Positions 1-9,903 are shown, counted from the first letter of the stretch. The stretch is DNA of 43,353 nt from Elusimicrobiota bacterium (GCA_043819795.1 JBDREN010000169.1:1-43353), one strand, 5' to 3'. Numbers and translations are program-made. The notes: generated by a model from the sequence alone, not told the origin.

Positions 1-2
1 AT

Positions 3-971
3 CAGCTCCCCGCCGCGGCCGTGCCGGCGGCCTTGAATCCCCCTGTTCCCCCGGAGGCGGCGCCCCCCGCCGCCCGGCCGCCGGCGGCGGCGCCGGAGTA
101 CCCCGAGCTCGACGCCGCGGCTTTCCGCAAGTTCCTGGACAGCGCCCCCTACGGCCGGGGCGTCAAGCCCCTCATCGAGCTGCTGGCCCGGCACGCGCCC
201 GAGCCGGAGCGGCGCGTGGCCCTCGGCGTGTTGACCCGTTTAATGCCCCACATCGTCTCGGATTCGGTCAAGGCGGGGACCCGGTCCCGCGCGTCCCTCA
301 CTCCCATGCTCGAGAGCCTCGCCCCGGACCGCCACCAGATCGCCCTGCACGACGGGCCGGTCATAGTCGAGGAGCGGTCCCTGTTCCGGAAGGGCCGCGT
401 CTACCTGCTTCCCGACGACCCCGCGTTCTACCGGCAGCGCGGCGTCCCCGTTCCCTCCCTGGAAGCCTTCTCGCGAGAGAGCGCCTCGGACAAGGAGACC
501 GACGGCCCCTGGGGCCGGGTGCGCGTTTACGCGGACGGGTCCGAGCGCCTGCTCCGGTCGCCGGAGGCGATGGCCGGGGCCCTGCTGGGCGGCCTGCTCA
601 TGCTCGACGCCCGGCTGCGCGGATGGGACGACGCGTTCCACAGCGGGCTGCGGGCCGAGGCGGCCGAGTTCCGCTTCTATCGCCGCATGCAGCGCGACAC
701 GGGGACTGAGCCGCGGCTGGACCGCGCGCTCAAGACGCGCTACCACGAATGGCAGGAGCGTCCCGAGGACTACATCGATCTCATGCTGCACTCCCACCTT
801 GGTCGCTCGTCGCGTCAGGAGCTGGAGGTGCTCGAAGCCGCGGGCGTAGCGAAGGCCGGGGAAGCGGAAGGGGCCGCGGCGGACCCGGAGGCCGCGCGCC
901 TGCCGCCCGGCGATTCGCCCGCCGCCCGGGCCTGGCTCGAGGCGGAGCGCCGCGCACGGGAGACTCGATGA
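3..971 (+). CDS. Hypothetical protein, probably 5'-partial (Pro/Ala-rich linker at the start)
   Basis: Frame is open from the window edge; GC3-rich codons; stop overlaps the next ATG (ATGA at 968-971). Confidence 0.7.
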   Translation, partial: QLPAAAVPAALNPPVPPEAAPPAARPPAAAPEYPELDAAAFRKFLDSAPYGRGVKPLIELLARHAPEPERRVALGVLTRLMPHIVSDSVKAGTRSRASLTPMLESLAPDRHQIALHDGPVIVEERSLFRKGRVYLLPDDPAFYRQRGVPVPSLEAFSRESASDKETDGPWGRVRVYADGSERLLRSPEAMAGALLGGLLMLDARLRGWDDAFHSGLRAEAAEFRFYRRMQRDTGTEPRLDRALKTRYHEWQERPEDYIDLMLHSHLGRSSRQELEVLEAAGVAKAGEAEGAAADPEAARLPPGDSPAARAWLEAERRARETR

Positions 972-1561
972 GGGCCGCCGCCGCCGTCGCGCTGCTGCTG
1001 ATGATGCCCGCCCGCGCGGCGGGGGCGTCCTCCGGCGGGGGCTCCCGCGAACGCGCTCCCGGCTCGGCCGATCCCCGGTACGTCCGCTACTCGCCCCCGA
1101 GCCGAACCTTCTCCTGCGAGATCCCGTCGGGATGGACGCCGATGGAAGAGCCGACGCCGCGGGGCTCGGCCGTCCACATCGTCGGGCCTCAGCAGGCCCG
1201 CGGCGCCTGGAGAGCGGCTTATCACATCCACTTCTTCGAGAAAGACAAACCTGGCTTCGTCCCGAGCCGGGAAGCGCTCAAAGCCGCCCGACGGCGGGAC
1301 GCGGGCCGCGACGTGACCGGCATGAGCTCCCGGCGCGTGGCGCGCAGGCCCGCCCGCGTATTCCAGGTCCACGAGAAGCGCCTGCTGCCCGCCGGCCGCC
1401 TGCCCGCCGAGCTCGTGGCTCTGCATCACTTCTACGTATTCGTCCCTTCGGGGAGCGACGACTACTTCGTGATCAAGTTGTCCACGACCGAGGAGGCCTT
1501 CCTTGACTACCGGCGGGAGCTGGGCCGCTTCCTCGAATCCTTCCGCGTGATAGGATACTGA
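968..1561 (+). CDS. Exported hypothetical protein (PsbP/Mog1-like fold possible)
   Basis: ATG at 968 coupled to the upstream stop; signal-peptide-like MRAAAAVALLLMMPARAAGA; FSCEIPSGW and C-terminal FLESFRV pattern typical of PsbP-like proteins. Confidence 0.65.
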   Translation: MRAAAAVALLLMMPARAAGASSGGGSRERAPGSADPRYVRYSPPSRTFSCEIPSGWTPMEEPTPRGSAVHIVGPQQARGAWRAAYHIHFFEKDKPGFVPSREALKAARRRDAGRDVTGMSSRRVARRPARVFQVHEKRLLPAGRLPAELVALHHFYVFVPSGSDDYFVIKLSTTEEAFLDYRRELGRFLESFRVIGY

Positions 1562-1564
1562 GCC

Positions 1565-1948
1565 ATGCCGTCCGATACCTTCCGCTGTCCCAACTGCGAC
1601 GCCCCGCTCGAGAAGAGCGCCGCCGCCTTCGTCCTGGGCGCGACAGGCTACCGCACCTCCGAGAAGGACCCCCTTCCCGAGAACGTCACCTGCCCGAGCT
1701 GCGGAGAGGATATCCCGGTGCAGGGCATGATCGAAGGCCGCTACGACGTCAAGCCCGAATGGCAGGGGACGCTGGTCCTGGTGCTGACCGCGGCCGCGTC
1801 CTTCTTCCTGTCCGCGGCCTACGGCATGAGGTTCTGGCCGGCCCTCGGCTTGGGCCTCGCGATCGCCGTGGCCGCGGTCGTCGCCCTATCGGCGGCGCTG
1901 TGGGCCTTCGGGCGGATACGCGACGCGCTCAGGCGCCCGCCTTCCTGA
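1565..1948 (+). CDS. Zinc-ribbon membrane protein
   Basis: CPNC...CPSC motifs followed by two hydrophobic helices. Confidence 0.75.
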   Translation: MPSDTFRCPNCDAPLEKSAAAFVLGATGYRTSEKDPLPENVTCPSCGEDIPVQGMIEGRYDVKPEWQGTLVLVLTAAASFFLSAAYGMRFWPALGLGLAIAVAAVVALSAALWAFGRIRDALRRPPS

Positions 1949-2945
1949 AGCCCTCGGAGAGGCGCTTGAAGCCCTCGTCGTAGCGCTCGTTCATGTCGGA
2001 GTGCCCGAAGGGGTGCTCCTCGTAGACGTGCCGGACGCCGAGGCGCTTGAGCTCGCGCGAGAGCTTGCGCGCGCCCAGGTGCAGATAGTACTCGTCCCTC
2101 GTCCCGCAGTCGAAGAAGAGGGTCCGCAGCCTCTTGAGGCCGCCCGCGTGCCTGGCGGCCAGCCGGACCGGATCGTGGGCCTGCCAGCGCTTGAACACCT
2201 TCGGGACGGTCTCCCCGGTCGACTCGTCGAACGGGATGTCGAATCCCATGGGGCTCTTCGGGTTCGGGGAGTAGCAGCAGGACATGCCCGCCATGCCGAC
2301 GAGCGAGTGCGGCAGGCGGATCTTCTCCCGCGTCCGGCCGAACTCCCTAACGAAACGCGCGAAGCTGCCGCCGTACTGCGCGAGGGCGTTCACGCACTTC
2401 GGGAAGTCCGACGCGTAGGACATCTCGAAGAACATGTCCCCGCTGTGGCAGACGACGTGCCCGAACACGTCCGGATGCCGCATGCCGAGGACCAGCGCGC
2501 CGTAGCCGCCGCTCGACTTGCCCATCACCGCCCGGCCCTCCGCGGCGCCCGGCGTGCGGTACTTATCGTCGATATAGGGAACCAGCTCCGAGACGATGTG
2601 GTCCTCGTAGCGGCCGGCCCCTTCCGAGTTGATGTACTGGCTGCCGCCGTAGCGGGTGAAGCAGTCGGGGATGACGAGGATGCTTTCGCGCGCCTCGCCC
2701 GCCGCGATCAACCGGTCGAGCCGCTCGACGAGGCTCTCCTTCCAGGGATGCGTGTCGACGACGCCCTTGGGCGTCCCGATGAAACCCGTGAGGAAATAGA
2801 CCACCGGATACCGGCGGACCCGGTCCTTGAAGTAGGACGGCGGCACGTAGACCGGAACCTCGCGCAGGCGCGGGTCGCCGAGGGGGTTCCCCTTGAGGAC
2901 CACGCTGCCCAACGTCTCATTCAGGAGCGTCCCGTTGATCTTCAT
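1929..2945 (-). CDS. Putative esterase, alpha/beta hydrolase (enterochelin esterase-like family)
   Basis: Start MKINGT after GGAGG; VYVPPSY, YPVVYFL, GKSSGG nucleophile elbow, DCGTRDE and a C-terminal GH motif. Confidence 0.85.
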   Translation of the reverse strand: MKINGTLLNETLGSVVLKGNPLGDPRLREVPVYVPPSYFKDRVRRYPVVYFLTGFIGTPKGVVDTHPWKESLVERLDRLIAAGEARESILVIPDCFTRYGGSQYINSEGAGRYEDHIVSELVPYIDDKYRTPGAAEGRAVMGKSSGGYGALVLGMRHPDVFGHVVCHSGDMFFEMSYASDFPKCVNALAQYGGSFARFVREFGRTREKIRLPHSLVGMAGMSCCYSPNPKSPMGFDIPFDESTGETVPKVFKRWQAHDPVRLAARHAGGLKRLRTLFFDCGTRDEYYLHLGARKLSRELKRLGVRHVYEEHPFGHSDMNERYDEGFKRLSEGFRKAGA

Positions 2946-2977
2946 TTCCTCGCCTCCGAAGTCTTGCGCGGCGGCCG

Positions 2978-3982
2978 TCAGTCGTCCGCGGGATGGGCGG
3001 GTTCCTCGGCGATCCTTTCCAGATCGTCGTCGCTCGGTAGTCCGGCTCCTTCCGATCCCGGGCTGGTGAGCGTGTCGGTGGAGACGTCGGGCTCGAGGAC
3101 GGTGATGGGGTTGTCGATCCACTCGAGGATGTCGGGCACCAGGGTCTTTCGACTGTAGTACAGCATGCGGGTCCCGTGCCCGCGCGGCACGCGCATGAGC
3201 GTCGCGTTCTCCTCCCCGACGGAGCGCTTGGCGAACTCGAAGAGGATCGGAGTCTCGGTCGAGGAGCGCCGGTCGTCGTCGCCCACGACCAGGAGGATCG
3301 GGCGGTCCCGGTAGGCGCGCATGGCGTTGACCGTCAGGACCTCCCGGTAGCTCATGCCCGGCGAGAGGATGAAGACCATCGCGATCTCGGGATGAAGGGC
3401 GGCGTACTTCAGGGCGATGCTGCCGCCGACGTTGGCGCCTCCGAGGGCGATGGACTCCTCGGGGACCCCCTTCTCGGTCAGGAACCGCGCGGCCGCGGCG
3501 ACGTCCTCGCGCATGTTGTCCCAGTCGTTGCGGCGCTTGCCGACCTGGAACTCCCTCCAGCTCGACGGCTGTCCTTCCGGGGCGCTCTGGCTCAGGCCGT
3601 GGCCGCGCAGGTCGATCGCGAGATAGCCGATGCCGCGCCGCGCCATATCCCGGGCCAGCCAGTACCAGTTCTGCTTGCGCCCGCGGGCGTCGTGCAGGAG
3701 GATGAACGTGAGCTTGTCCTCCTCGGAAGACTCGAAGTGGCGCCCCGAAAGGGTCCAGCCGTCCGCTGTCCGGATATCGACGAGCTCTCCCTCCAGCTCC
3801 CGGACCTCCCGCTTCTTGCTCAAGGCCGCCGGGAGCTCGCGCGGCTTCTGGGCCGCGGCCTCAGCGGGCCCCTCCGCCTTGGCCCCGGCTTCGGCAGCGG
3901 ACGCGCCCGGGGCACAGACGGCCGCCAGCACCAGGAGCCCTGCCAGCGTCCCCGGAAAGCGGCGAGCCGGGAACGCCATCAC
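2978..3982 (-). CDS. Exported alpha/beta-fold hydrolase homologue with non-canonical nucleophile (GANVG)
   Basis: Signal peptide, ILLH, IDLRGHGLS, LSPG and GHGT motifs; elbow reads GANVGG. Confidence 0.8.
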   Translation of the reverse strand: MMAFPARRFPGTLAGLLVLAAVCAPGASAAEAGAKAEGPAEAAAQKPRELPAALSKKREVRELEGELVDIRTADGWTLSGRHFESSEEDKLTFILLHDARGRKQNWYWLARDMARRGIGYLAIDLRGHGLSQSAPEGQPSSWREFQVGKRRNDWDNMREDVAAAARFLTEKGVPEESIALGGANVGGSIALKYAALHPEIAMVFILSPGMSYREVLTVNAMRAYRDRPILLVVGDDDRRSSTETPILFEFAKRSVGEENATLMRVPRGHGTRMLYYSRKTLVPDILEWIDNPITVLEPDVSTDTLTSPGSEGAGLPSDDDLERIAEEPAHPADD

Positions 3983-4491
3983 GCCCAGACCAGGACCTTG
4001 GACTCCCGGCCGTTGACGCTCTTGGAGGGATACACGGCCCGAAGGACCTCTCCGGGCGAGAACCAGAGTTTGATCTCGTGCTCGGCGTCGGAGGCGTCCC
4101 CGGAGGCGTGCAGGACATTCTCGAACCGGCCGGCGGTCGTGATCCGGCCGAACGAGCCGCGGATCGTCCCGGGCTCCGCCTCCTCGGGGTTGGTGACGCC
4201 GGCGACCTTCCGGGCCGCCGCGACGGCCCCCTCCCCCTCGTAGACGAGGGCGAGCACTCTATTGTCGGGGATGCCGTGGAACTCGCCGCGGATGTACCGG
4301 ATCAGCTCCTCGAAAAAAGGCTTGTCCTTGAGGTTGCGGTAATGCTCGCGCGCCAGCTCCGAGCTCACCGAGACCACCTTCGCGGCCGCCAACGTGAGCC
4401 CCGCGGCGTCGAGACGGTCGAGGACCATCCCGGTCAGCTTGCGCTTCGCGCCGTCCGGCTTGATGAGTATGAGTGTCTGTTCGATCGCCAT
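3979..4491 (-). CDS. ndk: Nucleoside-diphosphate kinase
   Basis: EQTLILIKPDG, GVTNPEEAEPGTIRGSFG, NVLHASG (catalytic His), EIKLWF. Confidence 0.95.
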   Translation of the reverse strand: MAIEQTLILIKPDGAKRKLTGMVLDRLDAAGLTLAAAKVVSVSSELAREHYRNLKDKPFFEELIRYIRGEFHGIPDNRVLALVYEGEGAVAAARKVAGVTNPEEAEPGTIRGSFGRITTAGRFENVLHASGDASDAEHEIKLWFSPGEVLRAVYPSKSVNGRESKVLVWA

Positions 4492-4526
4492 ATGAGGTCG
4501 CGCTCCGTTCATATTGTCAAAGAATT

Positions 4527-4566
4527 ATTGTATTAAATTGACACCCTCCCGGCAATCTAGTAAACT
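4527..4566. promoter_or_regulatory. Overlapping divergent sigma70-type promoters (ndk and response regulator/lysS operon)
   Basis: + strand TTGACA(4538-43)-17 nt-TAAACT(4561-66); - strand TTGCCG(4555-50)-17 nt-TACAAT(4532-27). Confidence 0.7.
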
Positions 4567-4634
4567 CGGGGCGCACGAAGACCTTCCCTCGGCGTTTCTT
4601 CGGGCCGGGGGCGCTAAGGAGGACCTGGAGCGCG

Positions 4635-5018
4635 ATGGCGCACATCCTGGTGGTCGACGACGAGCGGGACGTCGTCACCCTCATGAGGTTCCTGCTCCAG
4701 AAAGACGGACACCGGGTCACCGAGGCATACAACGGCGCCCAAGCGCTCGAGAAGATGGGCGTGGAGCCCGCCGAGGAGGACGCCGAGCTGCCGGACCTGA
4801 TCGTCCTCGACGTGATGATGCCCGTCATGGACGGTTACACGGTGTGCGGCAGGCTCGAGCAGAACGGACGCACCCGCAGGATCCCTTTGATCGTCATGAC
4901 AGCCAAGGGCCAGATGCGCGACCTCTTCGAGAAGGCCTCGAACGTGGTGGCCTGCGTGGAGAAGCCCTTCGACCCCCAGAAGCTGCGGCAGGTGATCCGC
5001 GACGTCCTGAAGAGCTGA
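4635..5018 (+). CDS. Stand-alone response regulator (CheY-like receiver)
   Basis: ILVVDDE, LDVMMPVMDG, TAK, KPF; AAGGAGG upstream. Confidence 0.92.
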   Translation: MAHILVVDDERDVVTLMRFLLQKDGHRVTEAYNGAQALEKMGVEPAEEDAELPDLIVLDVMMPVMDGYTVCGRLEQNGRTRRIPLIVMTAKGQMRDLFEKASNVVACVEKPFDPQKLRQVIRDVLKS

Positions 5019-5413
5019 TGGCCACCATCCTGGTCGTTGACGACGAGCCCGAGATCGTACTGCTGCTGCGCTTCATCCTCGAGAAGGACGGGCACAAGGT
5101 CCACGACGCCGCAAACGGCGTCGTGGCGCTCGAGCGTCTCGGCGTCCAGCCCCCGTCCCAGGACGTCGTCATGCCCGCCCTGATCATCCTCGACATCATG
5201 ATGCCGGTAATGGACGGATACACGCTCAACAACCGGCTTCAGAAAGAGGAAAAGACCCAGACGATCCCCATCCTCGTGCTGACGGCCAAGGGGCAGAAGA
5301 TGCGCGACCTCTTCGAGATGGCCCCCAACGTGGCCGCCTACGTCCAGAAGCCCTTCGACCCCAAGATGCTGCGCGAGCTCATCACGGGCATCATCGCCGG
5401 GAACAACAAGTAG
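5018..5413 (+). CDS. Stand-alone response regulator (CheY-like receiver), paralogue of the upstream gene
   Basis: TGATG overlap at 5016-5020; ILVVDDE, LDIMMPVMDG, TAK, KPF. Confidence 0.92.
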   Translation: MATILVVDDEPEIVLLLRFILEKDGHKVHDAANGVVALERLGVQPPSQDVVMPALIILDIMMPVMDGYTLNNRLQKEEKTQTIPILVLTAKGQKMRDLFEMAPNVAAYVQKPFDPKMLRELITGIIAGNNK

Positions 5414-5418
5414 CGGGC

Positions 5419-6900
5419 ATGGAAGTCGAACTCATCAAGTCCCGGCACGACAAGATGCGCGAGATGCGGGAGCGGGGCGTGGAGCTGTTCCCCCACCGGT
5501 GGGAGCGGACGCACTCCGCGCGCGAAGCCGCCGCCCTGGCCGAGGGGATCCAGGCGCAGGAGCGCACCGGGCACACGGTCCGCGTCGCGGGCCGCATCGT
5601 CCAGGCCCGGGTGATGGGCAAGGCGTCCTTCGCGCACATCCTCCACGACGGATTCAAGCTGCAAGTCTACCTCAAGCGCGACATACTCGGGGACGAGACC
5701 TACCGGCTCTTCAAGAAGGACCTGCACGTGGGAGACTTCATCGGCGTCGAGGGGACCGTCTTCAAGACGAAGACCGGAGAGACCTCGGTCGAGGCCTCCT
5801 CGCTGACGCTGCTGGCCAAGGCCCTGCGCCCGCTGCCCGAGAAATGGCACGGCCTGCGCGACATCGACACGCGCTACCGAAAGCGCCACCTCGACCTCAT
5901 CGCGAACGCGTCCGTGCACCGGCTCTTCGAGGCGCGCTCGAGGCTCGTCGCCTCGGCGCGCAGCACCCTCTCCGGGCTGGGCTTCCTCGAAGTGGAGACC
6001 CCGGTCCTGCTGTCGCAGGCCGGCGGCGCCACCGCCACGCCCTTCAAGACCTTCCACCGCGCTCTCGGAGCCGACCTCTACCTGCGCATCGCCACCGAGC
6101 TATACCTCAAGCGGCTGATCATCGGCGGATACGACGCCGTCTACGAGATCGGCCGCATCTTCCGCAACGAGGGGATCGACACGCGGCACAACCCCGAGTT
6201 CACCATGCTCGAGGCCTACCAGGCCTATTCGGACTACAACGTCATGGCCGATCTCCTGGAGCGGATCGTGGGCGACGCGGCCGCGGCGCTGGGCCTGGAG
6301 TCCGTCGAGTACCGCGGCAAGCCCATCGACCTCAAAGGGCCGTTCCGGCGCCTGCGCCTGCCGGAGCTCTGGAGGGAGCGCTGCGGCGAGGACATCCACC
6401 GCATCCTCAAGGGGAAGGGCTTCGACCGGGAGGGGATCCTCGCGACGGCCGGACGGCTCGGCGTGGAGGCCGGGGAGGGCACCCCGAGCGCCAAGGTCTT
6501 CGAGCGCATCTTCGACGAGAAGATCCTCCCGGACCTGCATGAGCCGGCCTTCCTGTTCGATCATCCGACCGCCATCACGCCGCTGGCGAAATGCCTCCCC
6601 GGCGACGTATCGCTCGTCGAGCGCTTCGAGTTCTTCATGGGCGCCGAGGAGGTCGCCAACGCCTATACCGAGCTCAACGACCCCGTCGACCAGCGCGAGC
6701 GCTTCGAGGAGCAGGCGCGCCAGAAGGCCGGTGGCCTGAGCGAGGCCGAGCTCCTGGACGAGGACTTCGTAGAGGCGATGGAGCACGGGATGCCCCCGAC
6801 GGGCGGGATCGGGATCGGCATCGACAGGCTCGCCATGGTGCTCACCGGCCACCCCTCGATCCGCGAGGTCATCCTGTTCCCGACCCTGAAGCCGGAGTGA
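5419..6900 (+). CDS. lysS: Lysine--tRNA ligase (class II)
   Basis: OB-fold (VAGRI, MGKASF), LPEKWHGL, YLRIATELYLKRL, FRNEGIDTRHNPEFT, GMPPTGGIGIGIDRL. Confidence 0.97.
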   Translation: MEVELIKSRHDKMREMRERGVELFPHRWERTHSAREAAALAEGIQAQERTGHTVRVAGRIVQARVMGKASFAHILHDGFKLQVYLKRDILGDETYRLFKKDLHVGDFIGVEGTVFKTKTGETSVEASSLTLLAKALRPLPEKWHGLRDIDTRYRKRHLDLIANASVHRLFEARSRLVASARSTLSGLGFLEVETPVLLSQAGGATATPFKTFHRALGADLYLRIATELYLKRLIIGGYDAVYEIGRIFRNEGIDTRHNPEFTMLEAYQAYSDYNVMADLLERIVGDAAAALGLESVEYRGKPIDLKGPFRRLRLPELWRERCGEDIHRILKGKGFDREGILATAGRLGVEAGEGTPSAKVFERIFDEKILPDLHEPAFLFDHPTAITPLAKCLPGDVSLVERFEFFMGAEEVANAYTELNDPVDQRERFEEQARQKAGGLSEAELLDEDFVEAMEHGMPPTGGIGIGIDRLAMVLTGHPSIREVILFPTLKPE

Positions 6901-8183
6901 GGGCCTTGCCTTTCGAGCTCTTCGTCGCCCTCCGCTACCTCAAGACGAAACGCAAAGGCCTCTTCACGCTCGTGACCACCGTTATCGGGGTGGCGGGAGT
7001 CTCGATCGGCGTCGCGGCTTTGCTGACCACCCTGTCGGTAATGAATGGCTTCCAGTCCGACATCCAAAAGAAGATCGTGGGGGCCCAGGCCCACTTGAGC
7101 GTCTACGCCAAGATGAGCGAGGCCAAGCGGGAGAAGCTCGAGACCGTCCTTCGCGAGGAGAAAGATGTCCGGGCCACGGCGCCGTTCGTGCTCGGCCAGG
7201 GGATCATCACCTTCGAGGAGCGCTCCACCGGGATCGTCGTCAAAGGGATCGACCCGGCGGCCGAGTTCAAGGTCAACAACCTCGAGGAGTCGCTCACGGC
7301 CGGCTCCTGGTCCGCCCTGACGGGACCCGCCGAGCGCCGTAAGGACGGGAGCTCAAGCGCTGGCACGGGACCCGGAGGGGCCAGTGCCGCGCAAGCCGGC
7401 ATCGTGCTCGGAGAGGAGCTGGCCCGGCATCTGGGCGTCTGGCTCGACGAGACGGTCGTCCTCATCTCCCCGCAGAGCCTCGCGACGCCGTTCGGGCTCG
7501 TGCCCGCGATGAAGAAATTCCGGATCGTCGGCCTGCTGCGCACCGGCTACTACGAGTTCGATAGCGCCACGGGGTACGTCTCCATAAAGGAGGCGGCCGA
7601 TTTCTTCAAGACCCCGGGCGGCATGTCGGGGATACAGGCCCGGCTGCGCGACCTCGACGACGCCGACGCCGTCTCGGCCGTCCTCCAGGACCGTCTCGGA
7701 TGGGACTTCACGGTCCGCTCGTTCACGCAGATGAACCGGACGCTCTTCGCCGCCCTCAAGCTGGAGAAATACGTGATGTTCATCATCCTCGCGCTGATCA
7801 TCCTCGTCGCGTCGCTCAACATCGCCTCGAACCTCATCCTTATGGGTACCGAAAAGCTCCGCGACATCGGGCTGCTCAGGGCGATGGGCGCCGCTCCCGC
7901 CCAGATCCGGAAGATATTCCTCTGGGTGGGGCTCCTGATCGGCTGCTTCGGGGTCGGCTTCGGGGTCCTGCTCGGCCTCGCGCTCTGTTGGGTCGTCTGG
8001 CGCTATCCGATCGTCGAGCTCCCGGCCGATATCTACTACCTCTCCCGGGTCCCGGTCCAGGTCGAAGCCCTCGACGTCCTAGGGGTCATGGTCTGCGGCC
8101 TCGCGCTCTCGGTGCTGGCCACGCTCTACCCGGCCCACCGAGCCTCCAAGGTGGATCCGATCGAGGCCATCCATTATGGCTGA
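6897..8183 (+). CDS. lolC: Lipoprotein-releasing ABC transporter permease (LolC/LolE family)
   Basis: GTG start overlapping the lysS stop; FELFVALRYL, LSVMNGF, NIASNL...EKLRDIGLLRAMGA, ATLYPA. Confidence 0.88.
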   Translation: MRALPFELFVALRYLKTKRKGLFTLVTTVIGVAGVSIGVAALLTTLSVMNGFQSDIQKKIVGAQAHLSVYAKMSEAKREKLETVLREEKDVRATAPFVLGQGIITFEERSTGIVVKGIDPAAEFKVNNLEESLTAGSWSALTGPAERRKDGSSSAGTGPGGASAAQAGIVLGEELARHLGVWLDETVVLISPQSLATPFGLVPAMKKFRIVGLLRTGYYEFDSATGYVSIKEAADFFKTPGGMSGIQARLRDLDDADAVSAVLQDRLGWDFTVRSFTQMNRTLFAALKLEKYVMFIILALIILVASLNIASNLILMGTEKLRDIGLLRAMGAAPAQIRKIFLWVGLLIGCFGVGFGVLLGLALCWVVWRYPIVELPADIYYLSRVPVQVEALDVLGVMVCGLALSVLATLYPAHRASKVDPIEAIHYG

Positions 8184-8937
8184 CACCACCGACGACCGCG
8201 GTGCCGCGCAGGCTAGTCCCGAGAACGACCCCGGGACCGCGCAGGCTGGCGTGGTCATCGAGGCGCGCGGCGTGTCCAAGAGCTACCTCCAGGGGACCCA
8301 GTCGCTCGAGGTCCTCCAGGGGGTGGACCTCACGGTCCACGCAGGCGAGTTCGTGGCGATCCTCGGCCCGAGCGGCTCGGGCAAATCCACGCTGCTCAAC
8401 CTCCTCGGGCTCATGGACCGCCCCTCGGCCGGCGAGATCCTGCTGGCGGGCCAGGCCACGTTCCGGCTGGACGAGCGGCGGCGCTCGGAGCAGCGCAACC
8501 GCCGCCTGGGATTCATCTTCCAGTTCGACTCGCTGCTGCCCGAGTTCACGGTGCTCGAGAACGTGACGATGCCGGCCCGCATCCGGCCGGAGCATCGCGG
8601 CGGGGGCCTCGCGCCGGTCGAAAGCCGCGCCCGCGAGCTTCTCGGAGCCCTGGGCATCGCGGAGCTGTCCGGACGATTCCCCTCTCAAATCTCGGGCGGG
8701 GAGCGCCAGCGGACGGCCATCGCCCGGGCCCTGGTCAACCGGCCGGCAGTGCTCCTGGCCGACGAGCCCACCGGAAACCTGGACAGACGCAACGCAGAAT
8801 TGGTATTTAATAGGTTGAAGGAGCTGGCCGGCGACCTTGGCGTAGGGGTCGTACTGGTCACCCACAACGAACATGCCGCCGAGTTCGCCACCCGACCCAT
8901 CCATCTGGTGGACGGCCGCATCGCCGAGGCCCAATAG
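8176..8937 (+). CDS. lolD: Lipoprotein-releasing ABC transporter ATP-binding protein
   Basis: Walker A GPSGSGKST, GFIFQF, ISGGERQR, LADEPTGNLD, VTHN. Confidence 0.9.
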   Translation: MADTTDDRGAAQASPENDPGTAQAGVVIEARGVSKSYLQGTQSLEVLQGVDLTVHAGEFVAILGPSGSGKSTLLNLLGLMDRPSAGEILLAGQATFRLDERRRSEQRNRRLGFIFQFDSLLPEFTVLENVTMPARIRPEHRGGGLAPVESRARELLGALGIAELSGRFPSQISGGERQRTAIARALVNRPAVLLADEPTGNLDRRNAELVFNRLKELAGDLGVGVVLVTHNEHAAEFATRPIHLVDGRIAEAQ

Positions 8938-8962
8938 GCGGCATAACAGGGGGAGGAGTCCC

Positions 8963-9856
8963 ATGAAGATTTACATCGACGGTCGCTACTACGACCGGGA
9001 GGACGCGAAGATCTCGGTATACGACCACGGCCTCCTCTACGGGGACGGCATCTTCGAGGGCATCCGCGCCTACAACGGCCGGGTGTTCAAGCTCAAGGCC
9101 CACGTGGACCGGCTCTACAACTCGGCCACGGCCATCCTCCTGAACGTCCCCATGACGCGCGAGGAGATGATGCGCGCCGTCTGCGACGCGGTCCGCGTGA
9201 ACGAGCTGAAGGATGCCTACATCCGCGTGATCGTGACGCGCGGCGTGGGCGACCTCGGCCTCGACATGCGCAAATGCAAGAACCCGAGCGTGATCATCAT
9301 CGCCGACAAGATCGAGCTCTATCCCGACGAGGCATACCAGCGCGGCCTCAAGCTCATCATCTCCCACCTGCGCCGCGTGCCCCCGGACACGCTGTCTCCT
9401 TCGATCAAGTCGCTCAACTACCTCAACAACATCCTCGCTCGCGCCGAGGCGTCCCGCGCCGACTGCGATGAGGCCATCATGCTCAACCATGACGGCTACG
9501 TCGCCGAGTGCTCGGGCGACAACATCTTCTTCATCCGGGACAACAAGGTCTTTACCCCTCCCGTGTTCGTGGGCATCCTGGAGGGCATCACGCGGACCGT
9601 CGCGATGAAGCTCTCCCGCACGAAGCTGGGCCTCGATGTCATCGAGCAGGTATTCACGGTGCCGGAGCTCTACCGGGCCGACGAGGTGTTTTTGACCGGC
9701 ACCGGCGCCGAGATCATCGGCGTGACCCAGATCAACGGCCGCCCGATCACGGACCAGAAGTCGGGCCCGATCACCAACAAGCTGATCCAGGCGTTCCGCG
9801 AGTACGCGAACTCGCCGGAGGCGGGCGTCGCGGTCTACGAGGAAGTGAAGGTCTAG
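8963..9856 (+). CDS. ilvE: Branched-chain amino acid aminotransferase
   Basis: GGAGG RBS; DHGLLYGDGIFEGIRAY, IKSLNYLNN (PLP Lys), ILEGITR, FLTGTGAEI. Confidence 0.95.
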   Translation: MKIYIDGRYYDREDAKISVYDHGLLYGDGIFEGIRAYNGRVFKLKAHVDRLYNSATAILLNVPMTREEMMRAVCDAVRVNELKDAYIRVIVTRGVGDLGLDMRKCKNPSVIIIADKIELYPDEAYQRGLKLIISHLRRVPPDTLSPSIKSLNYLNNILARAEASRADCDEAIMLNHDGYVAECSGDNIFFIRDNKVFTPPVFVGILEGITRTVAMKLSRTKLGLDVIEQVFTVPELYRADEVFLTGTGAEIIGVTQINGRPITDQKSGPITNKLIQAFREYANSPEAGVAVYEEVKV

Positions 9857-9903
9857 CCGACGATCGGCCGCGCGCGCCATCCCCTCTCGGCTTGAGAGGC
9901 GAC

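Noticed and set aside
4515..4543. TGTCAA-N17-TTGACA inverted repeat as a CtsR or HrcA operator
   Set aside because: It matches neither the CtsR direct heptad repeat nor CIRCE; one arm is simply the -35 box.
8190..8250. Short duplication (GACC...CCGCGCAGGCT twice) at the lolD 5' end
   Set aside because: Two imperfect copies in a low-complexity N-terminal extension; no sign of function.
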